DNA from: Epithemia pelagica
Lineage: Eukaryota > Protista > Bacillariophyta
Assembly: GCA_946965045.2 (NCBI GenBank)
Contig: OX337232.1
Span: 3,720,001 to 3,784,000 of the forward strand
DNA: 64,000 nucleotides
Reading direction: 5' to 3'
Below, piece by piece: positions 1 to 10,269 of this stretch. Numbering within the stretch: the first letter of the stretch is position 1; the number at the start of each line of letters is the position of its first letter. Both the position numbers and the translations under genes were made by a program. The notes under the pieces are model-generated. The model made no database searches. It was not told where the DNA came from and worked only from the letters and a program-made list of their open reading frames with translations.

Positions 1-97
1 TGGTATTGATCGAAGGGACTTGGACAAAGGCAAAGGCAAAAGTACTGAAAAAGTACCGTTTTGGCGAAAAATGGGTACTTGGTACTTCACAACCCTG
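1..97. mobile_element. Right terminus of a hAT-like DNA transposon extending beyond the left window edge
   Basis: The reverse complement of the end reads CAGGGTTGTGAAGTAC, closely resembling the CAGGGTGTGGAAGT TIR of the complete hAT at 3931. Clustered GTAC(T/C) subterminal motifs lie at 41-86. The other end and the TSD are not in the window. Confidence 0.55.
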
Positions 98-784
98 CCT
101 CGGATTGCTCATTGTATTATACTCGTAATCGATGTTGCAGAGAATTAGATGACTGCTATGCTAGACCGGCTTGCTGGACTTTATCGAGATCTTCAGAAAT
201 GTATATCTCAATGTCCGTCCAATGAGACGACCAGTGAGCAAGTAAGACTGCTGTCATGATTCATGATGGGTTGGTCGTAATACAAAGGTCATCAACAATA
301 ATTAATTTACGACCAACGGTTTCCTCTAGAATGACCCAAGGCGTCAAACGCAAAACAATCTTTGTTGGTCCTTTGGGATGCGGAAACGCTCACAAATTGG
401 TTCTCACATTTTTTGGAAAAGGACTCACACCGACTACACCGCAAGGAACCAACCATACCGCAAAATGGATGTTAAAAAACGAGGAGTCAATATCCCCGAC
501 AGTGACTTGCCTGCTGAGAAACCAAATATTTCCTTTGAGAATATCAGGACAATGACATTGCGACAGCTGATGGGTATGTTGGATTCAGTTACGGACATGA
601 GTAAATTATGCAGGATCAAAAAAGCAATCGAGTTGAAGAGAAGATGGGAAGGATTAAACAAGGCGAAGAGAAGATCCTCCTCTTCGACGAGTCGCGCATC
701 CTCTTCGACGAGTCACGCAACCTCTTTGACGAGGAAGAAGAAACCGAACCAACGTGTGTTGGATTCCACGCAACCCGACGGTGA

Positions 785-1417
785 GTGTTACCTACTCCAG
801 CCAAAGGAAAAGAAATATTTGCAGCAGATAAACGAGAAAACAACGACAAGGCTGTCCAAGATGATGTCAAGTTTCTCATGGACCACTTGGAATCGAATCA
901 AGAGTTCTCTGTGGATCATCTTCGATCCCTCTATGTCTCGCTCTTGTCTGGGCTGGGCAATGGTGAAGATGGAGAGAGCCTTGATGTGGAAACTATGATT
1001 GATGAGGCAATTGCCAATATCGATACCAATGGCGATGGCATGATTGATGTATTGGAAATGGAGAGTGTTCACATGCCTCATGAGACTGGAGAATTCGTCT
1101 TTGACGATGTTGTAGCTTGTACTAGTACCCCTGACGAACAAGATGAAGAATGCATTACTGCAAACAATATTGTGGAGTTTCTGAATATGTTTTATGGTGG
1201 TCACAAGGTGGTTAGTGATGAGTTGGCTGAGCACATTGTGGAATTGAGTGGAGACGATCAGTGCTTTACTCGTTCCGAGTTTGAAGATGCCTTTGCTGGT
1301 GTTTCGGATGTGGATGAAATCTCGGCCGGAGTCATGTCGCACGGCTACTCCTTTGAGACATCTCTGGTGATTCCTACAGTGGCTCTTGCCGTGGCCGTGT
1401 GGTCCATGGTCATGTGA
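785..1417 (+). CDS. Acidic EF-hand-containing protein with a hydrophobic C-terminus (possibly GPI- or membrane-anchored); 5' exon structure uncertain
   Basis: EF-hand-like loop DTNGDGMIDVLE and C-terminal hydrophobic tail VIPTVALAVAVWSMVM. A GTGAGT donor at 781 could splice the 378-frame ORF in-frame to AG acceptors at 824/827, but that intron would be only 44-47 bp. Confidence 0.55.
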   Translation: MLPTPAKGKEIFAADKRENNDKAVQDDVKFLMDHLESNQEFSVDHLRSLYVSLLSGLGNGEDGESLDVETMIDEAIANIDTNGDGMIDVLEMESVHMPHETGEFVFDDVVACTSTPDEQDEECITANNIVEFLNMFYGGHKVVSDELAEHIVELSGDDQCFTRSEFEDAFAGVSDVDEISAGVMSHGYSFETSLVIPTVALAVAVWSMVM

Positions 1418-2413
1418 ACGCCAGACTACTTGTTACCTGCTACACGATACGTGGATATTGTATTCTTGTCGAATACAGATTTCTAATGGCATACATATCA
1501 TCTTTTTAAAAATCATGTTTTTTTCATTCGTAGAGTATCAACGTGGACGAGCTTGGTTGCTGTCAATAGATTACGGCGAATACTTCTAGCTAGGAACAGA
1601 ACTTCCATGTGGTTTGTGGTTCCCATTTTACCCTAGTACCCGCTGCAATGGTTCAATGGCACAGCCAGCCACGAAAGTGTGATGATTTGTAGAACACTCA
1701 AGTGAGGAAAAAGATTGGTTGCCAACGAGCTGAGAGAAACAGTGTTGTATGAATTGTGTTCTTTCGGTGATGATAACGTTTCGACCCTTGAATAGCTTTG
1801 TCGATTGCATGTCGACAATGCGTGGAGCCTCGACCATGAACAACACAACATAGGAATCAATCATATTCCGGCATTTATAGATAGAAGCACTCAACGTACA
1901 GCGGCTGATTCACTGTTCTTGAAATTTGTAATTGGTCGTACCACCAGGAAAAGAAAAGCGTGGCGCTACAATTCGTCTCGATCACTGTCTGTAGGAGGAG
2001 AAGAGGTTCTCGTGCCCTCTAGAGGCCATTGGTATGAGTACATGATGCAGACCATTGCACAGTTTCTAGATCGTCTTTTCTTACTAAACGAGCACTCACA
2101 CTCGACTCGATTGTATTACTAAGTAGGCCAAGTGTGTTATCTGAAAACGCCGTCGCCATCCTTGTCCGAAGGAACAACGACCAAACAAACAATACACTCT
2201 GTGGTGTGTCAAATGAACCACACCAACTCTCCATATGCATCTCGAATGGTGCTCTTCGATCTCAGTAGAGGAACAACAGGCTTTTACGACTCGACGGCCT
2301 GTGTGGCTGGAACTCTTACGTTGTGGCCGGGTAAATGATGGAAAGAAGGGATAAGGAGCCCTATAGAGCATATCTCCCGATTGCAGAGTTGTTTACCATC
2401 ACGTGATCTCATT

Positions 2414-3736
2414 CTAGCGGCTGACCCTTTCGGACCACAGTGAGGAAATATCTTGGTGATAGGCTGGTGATCGAACATAGTCCAACAAAGCACCATTTTG
2501 TTTCTTGAGCCAGAAACAATTGTTTTTCACATGTTGTACATTTGTCTGAACCTCGTATCTTCCATATGTGATGTCTTTCCCTCCACTAAAACAAATTCCC
2601 TCTTCACTCGTACTTGTGTTTTGCCAATGCCCATTCTTGGGTAACTGCCATTTCCGAAACACCTTCCAGGCCTGCTCAAACTGAGGGTTGTGTAACACTT
2701 GGAGTGTAAACGTACATTGGTGAATATAATAGGGCAACTTCCTGCAAACATCCCAGTAGTCCGGAGTTGTCCGTATCGTGTCTAGGAGACGTCGGTAGTA
2801 GGCTTGCATCCACTGCTTCAGGATCAAATTTCCCGGTCGGGATACCATAAAAAAGTTGTCCACCATGCGTGCCGGATCCGCCAGTTGCTGCGAAGCCGCG
2901 TTCGACTTGCCTCGAATATAGCATCGTTCATACTGTTTTAATTGAGAGTGATTCATGTCGCCGACCAGGCGAAAGTACGGCGGAACATAGAAACCAACTT
3001 GAGGTTTCACCAGTTTCCCGAGATAATCGTCAAGGGGCCGCATGGGGCAAATTGAAGTATCGGCATACACTCCACCGTACAAGGTCAAGAGTTCGGTGCG
3101 AAGCAGGTTGCCCAGTTTGACGGGGCAAACCCGAGTTTCAGGAACACCTTGGTTTCCATCTTTGCCTCCGTTTCGTAGAAAGCTGGCCAAATGGGCAAAC
3201 TTGGGGGCGAGTTTCATGGCTTGCGTCTGATTGAGGATGCGAATCTCCCAAGTGGGATGCAAGAGTTGCCATGCCTTGACGCAGGCATAGTCGGCCTGAT
3301 ATTTGTTGGGTGTTGAGTTAGGACCACCAATTTGCGCCAAATGGTCGAGTCCTCGATCCCAATACAACCACAGGATTTTGGGTACACCGTGAATGGTCGT
3401 GTTTGTAGGAGTCATTAGTGGAGGAGATGGAATCGATGCAATTGACTGCGGTGGACTCATACTCGCTACAAGAGAAGAGGACTCGCAGTTGTCGTGAGAA
3501 GACCTGTTGGTTTGGTGGTGAGTTCGTTCCCTGCCGTGGAATACAAGACTGGAGAGGATCATGTCATGCTCCGTGGCCAAAGAAGCAAAAGAGGTTTGTC
3601 GTTGGTTCCAAAATTGTTGTTGCTGTTGGACGATCGGTAAATGCCAGAACAAGGCGATTATTGCAAAGGGAAGAATATAGTCAGAGACATGTCTTCTAGA
3701 TCTTGGTAAGCCGCGGATCGCTAATGGAGGCATCAT
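2414..3736 (-). CDS. GT32/capsular polysaccharide synthesis-type glycosyltransferase, paralog 1 (type II membrane, 440 aa)
   Basis: N-terminal TM segment (ILPFAIIALFWHL), then IPKILWLYWDRG, LLRTELLTLYGGVYADT (GGxYxD motif), NFFMVSRPGN and PYYIHQC. Confidence 0.85.
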   Translation of the reverse strand: MMPPLAIRGLPRSRRHVSDYILPFAIIALFWHLPIVQQQQQFWNQRQTSFASLATEHDMILSSLVFHGRERTHHQTNRSSHDNCESSSLVASMSPPQSIASIPSPPLMTPTNTTIHGVPKILWLYWDRGLDHLAQIGGPNSTPNKYQADYACVKAWQLLHPTWEIRILNQTQAMKLAPKFAHLASFLRNGGKDGNQGVPETRVCPVKLGNLLRTELLTLYGGVYADTSICPMRPLDDYLGKLVKPQVGFYVPPYFRLVGDMNHSQLKQYERCYIRGKSNAASQQLADPARMVDNFFMVSRPGNLILKQWMQAYYRRLLDTIRTTPDYWDVCRKLPYYIHQCTFTLQVLHNPQFEQAWKVFRKWQLPKNGHWQNTSTSEEGICFSGGKDITYGRYEVQTNVQHVKNNCFWLKKQNGALLDYVRSPAYHQDISSLWSERVSR

Positions 3737-3930
3737 GCTTTGACGTTGGTGGTTGTGGCACGAGAGAAGCGTTGTGTTCCAGAATCTACAATTCTCTCGT
3801 CCCGATCACACACACACACGTGTTTGTGTTTGTGCCATGGTCCCTCGGTCGAGTGGATGCCGACGTGCGCACGATCATTGCTGGCGCGCAACGGATGGAA
3901 TAATCAAGCAGGGTGCGCGGCCATTCCCAC

Positions 3931-4330
3931 CAGGGTGTGGAAGTCATAAGGCCAAGACTTCCAAAATTTCAACTTTTTCCAACTTTTTTCCTCGAATTTC
4001 CCAAGTTAAGTCATACCATAGGTTTTTTCCTTACCAACTTATTTGTCAAAGTCTAATTGATGCTTTTCTTCTTCCAACTTGACTAGGATTGATCCAACTT
4101 ACACAATTACTAGCCCGAGACAAACTCTCATTATTTCCCACTACTACAATTCTGAAAGTTGTAACTTTCCCCTTGAAGTTAAGTCAAGTTCATTCCGTTC
4201 TAGTAGTGACTTGAAGTCATAAGTTTAATCGATAGTCACAGCACAACGACTAATATCATAAAGTCAAGTTGTAACCTCTCTACATAGTAACTAGTAACTT
4301 GCAACTTGCAATCTCCCAACTCCCAACTCC
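3931..4330. repeat. hAT left subterminal repeats (putative transposase-binding motifs)
   Basis: Repeated AAGTCAAGTT / AACTT / GACTT motifs (e.g. about 4183 and 4261) in an AT-rich non-coding segment. Confidence 0.6.
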
Positions 4331-4513
4331 TTGATTCTATACTCAGTTTTCTCTCGTACAATACGACTGACATATACCACATACCACTTACCATTCTTAC
4401 TACTTACTACACACAAACCCAACCAACAACGACGCACCTCTTTCTGGATGAAGCACATGAATTAGAGACTGCAGTTTGCCATCAATTGAACAACCCTTTC
4501 CTGGTGATAGCAC

Positions 4514-7500
4514 ATGTCTTTATTTCCTGTGCTGGATATCGAAGTTGATCCTAATTCACCTTCACTCTCCAGTCTTTCAACGCTTACCCACGCCATGGGC
4601 CCCCCAAGGAACAACCAACAAACCACTCCATCGAATGAAAATCCCCCATCCTCCCAAGATGCTCAAGCAAACAACCACCAAGACCCGAGTCCAACAGCAA
4701 CCAATGATAACCAAAATAACTTACCTGCAGGGACAACAGGATCCACTAATGGAACAGAAGCACAAGGTGGTGCTGTTGAATCTCAAGCCGACAATCCAGG
4801 GGACAATGCAGAGGAAACGGTCCTCACACAAGCTCGCATCAAAGAAATAAAGGAGGAGAAGTCTTTTGTTTCTTTCACCCACCCACCCAAAAGATTCTTT
4901 CGCAATTTCCAGGGCAGCTATTTTGGGAAAGTTAGATATTTGAACTTCAAGAAGATGACTGAAACCAGGAAGACGGTTAAGGCAGATAAAACAATTGATC
5001 TTGACCGGATGCCTGGTCTATTCAGTTGTTTCCAAACGCTCGACTCAGCTTCCAAAAAAGATAAGGATGACAACGAACATTACCCAAGCATTGTGAAGAA
5101 ACTGGTTGTTTGCCCATACTGCTTCCAGAACCCACAGAAAGAGCTCGAAAAGTGTCTTCTTGGTCTTGGCCGAAATTCCTCCTCGAACATCGGACAACAC
5201 ATGTCAAGATATCACAAGGAAGCACTCGAAGACTCAGCTTCCGTTGCCACCGACCCTACCCAGCAAACGATGTCATCGTTCACCGGTTCTATGGTGAGCA
5301 AGACAGATGCAAAGGTATTGTTTCAACAATCAATCTACCAGTTCGTAAATGATTGTGGGTTTCCTGCTTCTACGGTAGAGCGAGAATCTTTCAGGAATCT
5401 TCTGAAGTGTGCAATCGCCAATGCACCGAAATTAAAAGAAAAGGACTGTGTCCTTAGCAATAAAGCTATCACCAAGATGCGACTACAGTCCTACAATGAA
5501 TTCATCAAGATCGTCACTGATCTTGGAGATAAGGTCCGACAGGCCTACCACAATCTGTGCAACAAAGCAATTGCTTTTTGCACCGTGACACATGATATTT
5601 GGCAAGGGAACGACAAGGACGTATTGGGAGTAAGTCTAATCTTCACTGACCCCAGGAACTGTGAGATATACCGTCTTCCTGTTGGTTTATGTTCGACCAA
5701 GGGGCATTCTGCTGCTCAAGTGGCTGAGCACACAAAAAACATTCTCAATGCAGTTGGATTCACTCAAGCGGATCTGTCGTCGTCCGTCAACGACAACACC
5801 AATTCGGCCGTACTTGCTGGAAAGTACATCCTGGGAAATAACACCGGCGGAAAGTGCGACATGCACCGTGCGGAGTTAATTTTGAAGCACGCAACCGGTT
5901 TGGCCGTGAGGAAGAAAAAAGGCGAGGTAGTAGACAGCAACCCCAAGTTTATGACGATATACCAGAAGTTCTTCAAGTTTGCTGCGTGGCTAATGAGTTC
6001 GAGGGCAAAACGCTGGGATAATCTTCGTGCATGGGCCCAAAAAAATGGGAGGGTGCTGATTGCCATCCCAATGCCGAACATGACCCGGGTTGGAGGCTGC
6101 ATGATAATGTTCCATGGCCTCATACGAAACAAATTCGTCATGGATGCATATGTAAACGATACATTTGACAACAAGGATCAACAGTTTATTGATCGATACC
6201 CTACAGAAGAAGAATGGCAAGCTCTGTCTGAAATTGAGGGTATTCTTTCACCTCTCAAAGCTGTATCAATGACGTTGCAAGTGGACGATCCATCAGCCTC
6301 TGCTGGATCCCTCCTCGAAATTTTCAGCAGCAAACACTTCTTGGACACTATGAAAACTATGGGCGTCCCTGTTTTGAAGTTGACTGGCAATTCTGTTCGT
6401 CCATGGGATGCCAAATTAACCATTGAGAAACTCAAAAAAAGCAAACCGTACAGGGGTATTTTGAAATACCAGGAGCTGACAGAGACAAGCCGATTATTGA
6501 TTGATCGTGTCCTAGCAGAATATGAAAACTACATGGAAGAAGGGAACGACAAGCATGCAGAACATGCCATGTGTGGGCATCCTTTCTTGGCATCCTACGG
6601 TCCAAATATCCTAAAGTCGATCAAAGTATATGACGAGGAGTCTATTAAGCGCGTGAGGAAACAATTTGTAACAGACGTAGCCAACAAATTCGCAGAACCG
6701 AAGCCCCCACCAACAACAGCAACGTCAAACCAAACAGATGCCACCCAACAACAAGACGACACGGTGGTCACCGACGATCTTCCAATAGAGGCAGATACAG
6801 AACCCGAGGTCCCTGACGCAGTAACAGATGTTATGGATTGTTTTAACATATTCAAGACGCATCGGCAAACAAGGGAACAAGAAGACGCTGCGCTCCTAGC
6901 AGGAACAGGAGGGACGGATGGGACGGTAGTGGCAGGTCAACAGGCAACACAGCAACGAGCAATGCATTTCAAAAAATGCGATGAACAGTTTGGACGATAC
7001 CTGGAGTTCTGTGATACTGTTGTGCATAATTCCTGGGAAGATTTGATTAACGAATATCCTACAGAGGCATTCCAAAAATTCTCCAAATCTTGGAGCGATC
7101 AAGACAAGGCTCAATTCCAATGTGCATGTAGAGAGAACCACTTTCATGCAGTTGGCAAATACTTCGATGTCCTGAAATGGTGGTCGACTAACAGAAGCCT
7201 CTTTCCCAAGTTGTTCCCAAGTGCACTGGTATGGATCTCAAAACCTGCCACCAACGCATTTCAAGAAAGAGTCTTTTCTCGTTCCACGTTTATGGACCGC
7301 AATCCATTAATGCGTCGGCAACTAGATAAGAACTTTGAGATGCGTACGATGGAAAGTATCACACGGAAAGTGCGTTCGGAGATACTTGAGAACGAGAAAA
7401 GTCTCGCGTCGTTCCCAAAAGGGGACAGTGAGCAGAAGTTGGACAAGACAGCAACAGCAAAATCAGTTGGTAACTCTTCCTCGTCCCCAGTGGTCATTGA

Positions 7501-8197
7501 CGATAGTTCTGAGAGACAAGCTGAAACGACAACGACGACAATAACACAAGGACAGTCACAGTCAGGCACGGCAGGGAGCCAGGTGATCAGTCAAGTTCAA
7601 GTGTCACCATCACAATCGGAATCGCGGAGACTGGAAACCGTCTTAGCAGCGGCAGAGAAGCATGTGGTATACGAATTGCAAGGCACTGTTGGTGAGTCTG
7701 GGATTGTTGCCGAGAGTGACTACAAGTTTAGAAAAGTTGGAGAGAAGGGCGTTGTGTCTCAAGGGACTTGGGATGAAGTAGAGTTATTGGATTTGGTCGA
7801 CCCAAAAGATCAGGATCAAATGGAAGCAATGAGTAGGACTGTTACTACACGAAATGGCGAATTGTCCAAGGATGCAGAGGGAGAGGATTCCTATGAGGAC
7901 ATGATTGAAGCAATTGAAGAGAGAAAGCAAGAAATTGTGAACGAAAGTTTGGCAAAGAAAAAAACTGAGGAAATCGAAGTAGTGGATCGAAGTAGCACTA
8001 CAATGAAGAATCCTCCTGTTGCATCGGTGTCGGGATCAAAGTCACAAAAGAGTAGCAGTAGCAAACGGTCCCGACAACATTCGTTGTCAGAGTCAGTAGC
8101 AAGAACGGTCGTGCGAACTCCTTCCAAGCAAGGCAAGCGTAAGGCGGCACCACAAGAGACACCTACCAGAAGGACGAGTCCAAGGACCAAAAAGTGA
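4514..8197 (+). CDS. hAT transposase (BED-type zinc finger, RNase H-like DDE core, hATC dimerisation domain), 1227 aa, intact
   Basis: CPYC...HMSRYH zinc finger; THDIW (D1); VNDNTNSA (D2); CDMH (CxxH); KWW...FPKL...PATNAFQERVFS (hATC domain with catalytic E). Single uninterrupted ORF inside the TIRs. Confidence 0.93.
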   Translation: MSLFPVLDIEVDPNSPSLSSLSTLTHAMGPPRNNQQTTPSNENPPSSQDAQANNHQDPSPTATNDNQNNLPAGTTGSTNGTEAQGGAVESQADNPGDNAEETVLTQARIKEIKEEKSFVSFTHPPKRFFRNFQGSYFGKVRYLNFKKMTETRKTVKADKTIDLDRMPGLFSCFQTLDSASKKDKDDNEHYPSIVKKLVVCPYCFQNPQKELEKCLLGLGRNSSSNIGQHMSRYHKEALEDSASVATDPTQQTMSSFTGSMVSKTDAKVLFQQSIYQFVNDCGFPASTVERESFRNLLKCAIANAPKLKEKDCVLSNKAITKMRLQSYNEFIKIVTDLGDKVRQAYHNLCNKAIAFCTVTHDIWQGNDKDVLGVSLIFTDPRNCEIYRLPVGLCSTKGHSAAQVAEHTKNILNAVGFTQADLSSSVNDNTNSAVLAGKYILGNNTGGKCDMHRAELILKHATGLAVRKKKGEVVDSNPKFMTIYQKFFKFAAWLMSSRAKRWDNLRAWAQKNGRVLIAIPMPNMTRVGGCMIMFHGLIRNKFVMDAYVNDTFDNKDQQFIDRYPTEEEWQALSEIEGILSPLKAVSMTLQVDDPSASAGSLLEIFSSKHFLDTMKTMGVPVLKLTGNSVRPWDAKLTIEKLKKSKPYRGILKYQELTETSRLLIDRVLAEYENYMEEGNDKHAEHAMCGHPFLASYGPNILKSIKVYDEESIKRVRKQFVTDVANKFAEPKPPPTTATSNQTDATQQQDDTVVTDDLPIEADTEPEVPDAVTDVMDCFNIFKTHRQTREQEDAALLAGTGGTDGTVVAGQQATQQRAMHFKKCDEQFGRYLEFCDTVVHNSWEDLINEYPTEAFQKFSKSWSDQDKAQFQCACRENHFHAVGKYFDVLKWWSTNRSLFPKLFPSALVWISKPATNAFQERVFSRSTFMDRNPLMRRQLDKNFEMRTMESITRKVRSEILENEKSLASFPKGDSEQKLDKTATAKSVGNSSSSPVVIDDSSERQAETTTTTITQGQSQSGTAGSQVISQVQVSPSQSESRRLETVLAAAEKHVVYELQGTVGESGIVAESDYKFRKVGEKGVVSQGTWDEVELLDLVDPKDQDQMEAMSRTVTTRNGELSKDAEGEDSYEDMIEAIEERKQEIVNESLAKKKTEEIEVVDRSSTTMKNPPVASVSGSKSQKSSSSKRSRQHSLSESVARTVVRTPSKQGKRKAAPQETPTRRTSPRTKK

Positions 8198-8235
8198 ATA
8201 GCATTAGTACCAATTGACAAGTATATGTAAAAGAA

Positions 8236-10020
8236 TTATTCATAAGCTGCAATTAGTTGCTGAAAGAAGAAACGAAGTGGGGTACGATGTTTTTTCTCAA
8301 TCTCCGTATGTGATTTGATAAACTGCTCCATAATCCTATGACATTCTTTCCTCGTCTCTGTTTTGTTCAGCAGCTGTCCCAAGGCACCAAATAGAGGATT
8401 GATCTCCTGCCATCGATCATTGGGCAACCATGACTGCAATCCAAGTGAGCATTCCAAACCATCCATGACATTGGTCGGAGTCCAATTGAGGGTCTTTGTT
8501 GCCCGAATGACGTGTACGTCGGATGGAATGCCTTCGTTTCTGTTGAAGGCGGTGTGCAGGATAATGATAGCTGTTTTGTACCCAATGCCGGGAAGTGTTA
8601 GGAGTTCCTGAAGGGAAATGTTGCTAGGGATTGTGCCATTATGGCGTTGTATAAAATAATCGGCACAATTGACGATTCTTTCCGCATTTTGTCTGAACTT
8701 TCCACATTCAGAAAGCAAGCTGCAGAATACATCCATCCCGAAATAGTTGGCCACTTCGATTGTACCAGTTGCACTTGTTATTCCAGCCTGGAAAAGGCGT
8801 GGAACCACTTGGGATAAACTTTTGTCCGAAGTGTTGGAACTCATGAGGATGATAATGAGACACATGAATGCCCGGTCAGCATCGTCGTCGTCATCATCGT
8901 CAAGGTTGTCATTGATCCAGTCTTCCCATGTGTCTCTTGGAGTATCTAAGCCAGACCTTTTGGAAGTCTCACGTAGCTTCAATAAATTGTCTAACAACAC
9001 CAATCTGTTGTTGATTGTTGATTGATTAAGCCAAGTAGAATGCCTTTGCTTGATTTGAATGGGAGGTTTGGTCAAGGCAGGTTGGCCGGGCATGTGCCGT
9101 GTACCGTCATCATAATCGATAGGTCCTTTGGAAACTGATGCTTCTAAAAGAGCGTGGCAAAGAACTGTCTTTCTTTGTCGGGTCAGTATATATGCTGTCG
9201 GTGAATTTTGTCTGGCTCTCCAGTACGACATCGAGGGTGGAGTCTGGGGAGGACCAGCAATAATTGGAGTTGTTGGTAGTACCACTGGTGATTCTTCGCT
9301 TGGAAATGTTGGTCCTTCGTCGCATTGTGCATATACATTGGAGTCAGCATCCATTGGGGATACCATTAAAGCCATACTTTCTTTCACTATGACATCAAGG
9401 CTCGGAGTGATTGAAATGGGCTGCTCAGAATGGTATGTATGACAATTCCTGACTGAGATTTTGGAATTGAATCGATTCATCCATGTTAAAAGATTCCAAC
9501 GGACATTGTCTTTGGTAAGTTCAGTGGGCACGGGGGAAAGATGGCTTTGAAGAAACTGTTGGAAGGAAGAGAATCCTCTGCAAGTAGAATTGAGGGTGAT
9601 TTGGGGACGGCATTGTCCGGTGAGAGATATGAATGGTAGATTGTCCGAAGGAGGTTTGATGTTGAAGGTATAGTCGGTCTTGTCGTCTTGTTTTGAGAAT
9701 AAACCGTGATACACCTTTTTGGAAAGAGTCCATAGGATTTGCTCGAATGTCATGTGCATGGGTGACGAACAGGGATGACTTGATTTTGTGACAACGTCAA
9801 CTTGTTGGTAAAGTAGATTCCCATTGTTCCGATTCAACCAAAGTAGAATATGGTCTTTTATGGACCGTAAGGTGTTGTTGGGTTCCTCATTGGCGGTGTG
9901 TTGACAAGAAGATGAGAATTTGACCATCATTGTCATGAAAGAGACAGGGACATGGGTGATGGTGAAGATTTGGTGGCATGATGAGTGGAGAGTGATCGAG
10001 TAATCATCAATGCCAGACAT
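8236..10020 (-). CDS. Endonuclease III/NTH1-like HhH-GPD DNA glycosylase/AP lyase, transposon cargo, lacking the C-terminal 4Fe-4S motif, with a long unknown N-terminal region
   Basis: FMCLIIILMSSNTSD; HhH motif LLTLPGIGYKTA (catalytic Lys present); GIPSDVHVIR (catalytic Asp present); WLPNDRWQEINPLFGALGQ. No Cx6Cx2Cx5C follows GQ. Lies wholly within the hAT TIRs. Confidence 0.88.
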   Translation of the reverse strand: MSGIDDYSITLHSSCHQIFTITHVPVSFMTMMVKFSSSCQHTANEEPNNTLRSIKDHILLWLNRNNGNLLYQQVDVVTKSSHPCSSPMHMTFEQILWTLSKKVYHGLFSKQDDKTDYTFNIKPPSDNLPFISLTGQCRPQITLNSTCRGFSSFQQFLQSHLSPVPTELTKDNVRWNLLTWMNRFNSKISVRNCHTYHSEQPISITPSLDVIVKESMALMVSPMDADSNVYAQCDEGPTFPSEESPVVLPTTPIIAGPPQTPPSMSYWRARQNSPTAYILTRQRKTVLCHALLEASVSKGPIDYDDGTRHMPGQPALTKPPIQIKQRHSTWLNQSTINNRLVLLDNLLKLRETSKRSGLDTPRDTWEDWINDNLDDDDDDDADRAFMCLIIILMSSNTSDKSLSQVVPRLFQAGITSATGTIEVANYFGMDVFCSLLSECGKFRQNAERIVNCADYFIQRHNGTIPSNISLQELLTLPGIGYKTAIIILHTAFNRNEGIPSDVHVIRATKTLNWTPTNVMDGLECSLGLQSWLPNDRWQEINPLFGALGQLLNKTETRKECHRIMEQFIKSHTEIEKKHRTPLRFFFQQLIAAYE

Positions 10021-10269
10021 TCAGATTTGGATTGATGGGTAAAGTATATAGAACTTAGGACTTAGGAGTTGGGAGATATGAAAGTATGAGACGTTGCCTG
10101 TTGTTTGTTGCCTGTTGTGTTTGTTTGCGATGAGAGACACTGTTGTTAAGCGCACCTCAGTGAGAGAAGAAGGCAGCAATCGCAGTGTACTCCTTCGAGT
10201 GCATATTCCATCATAAGACAACTAATAAAGGGTTGATTACTAGTCTGGCTTGGTGTGGGGAGTGCCGCA

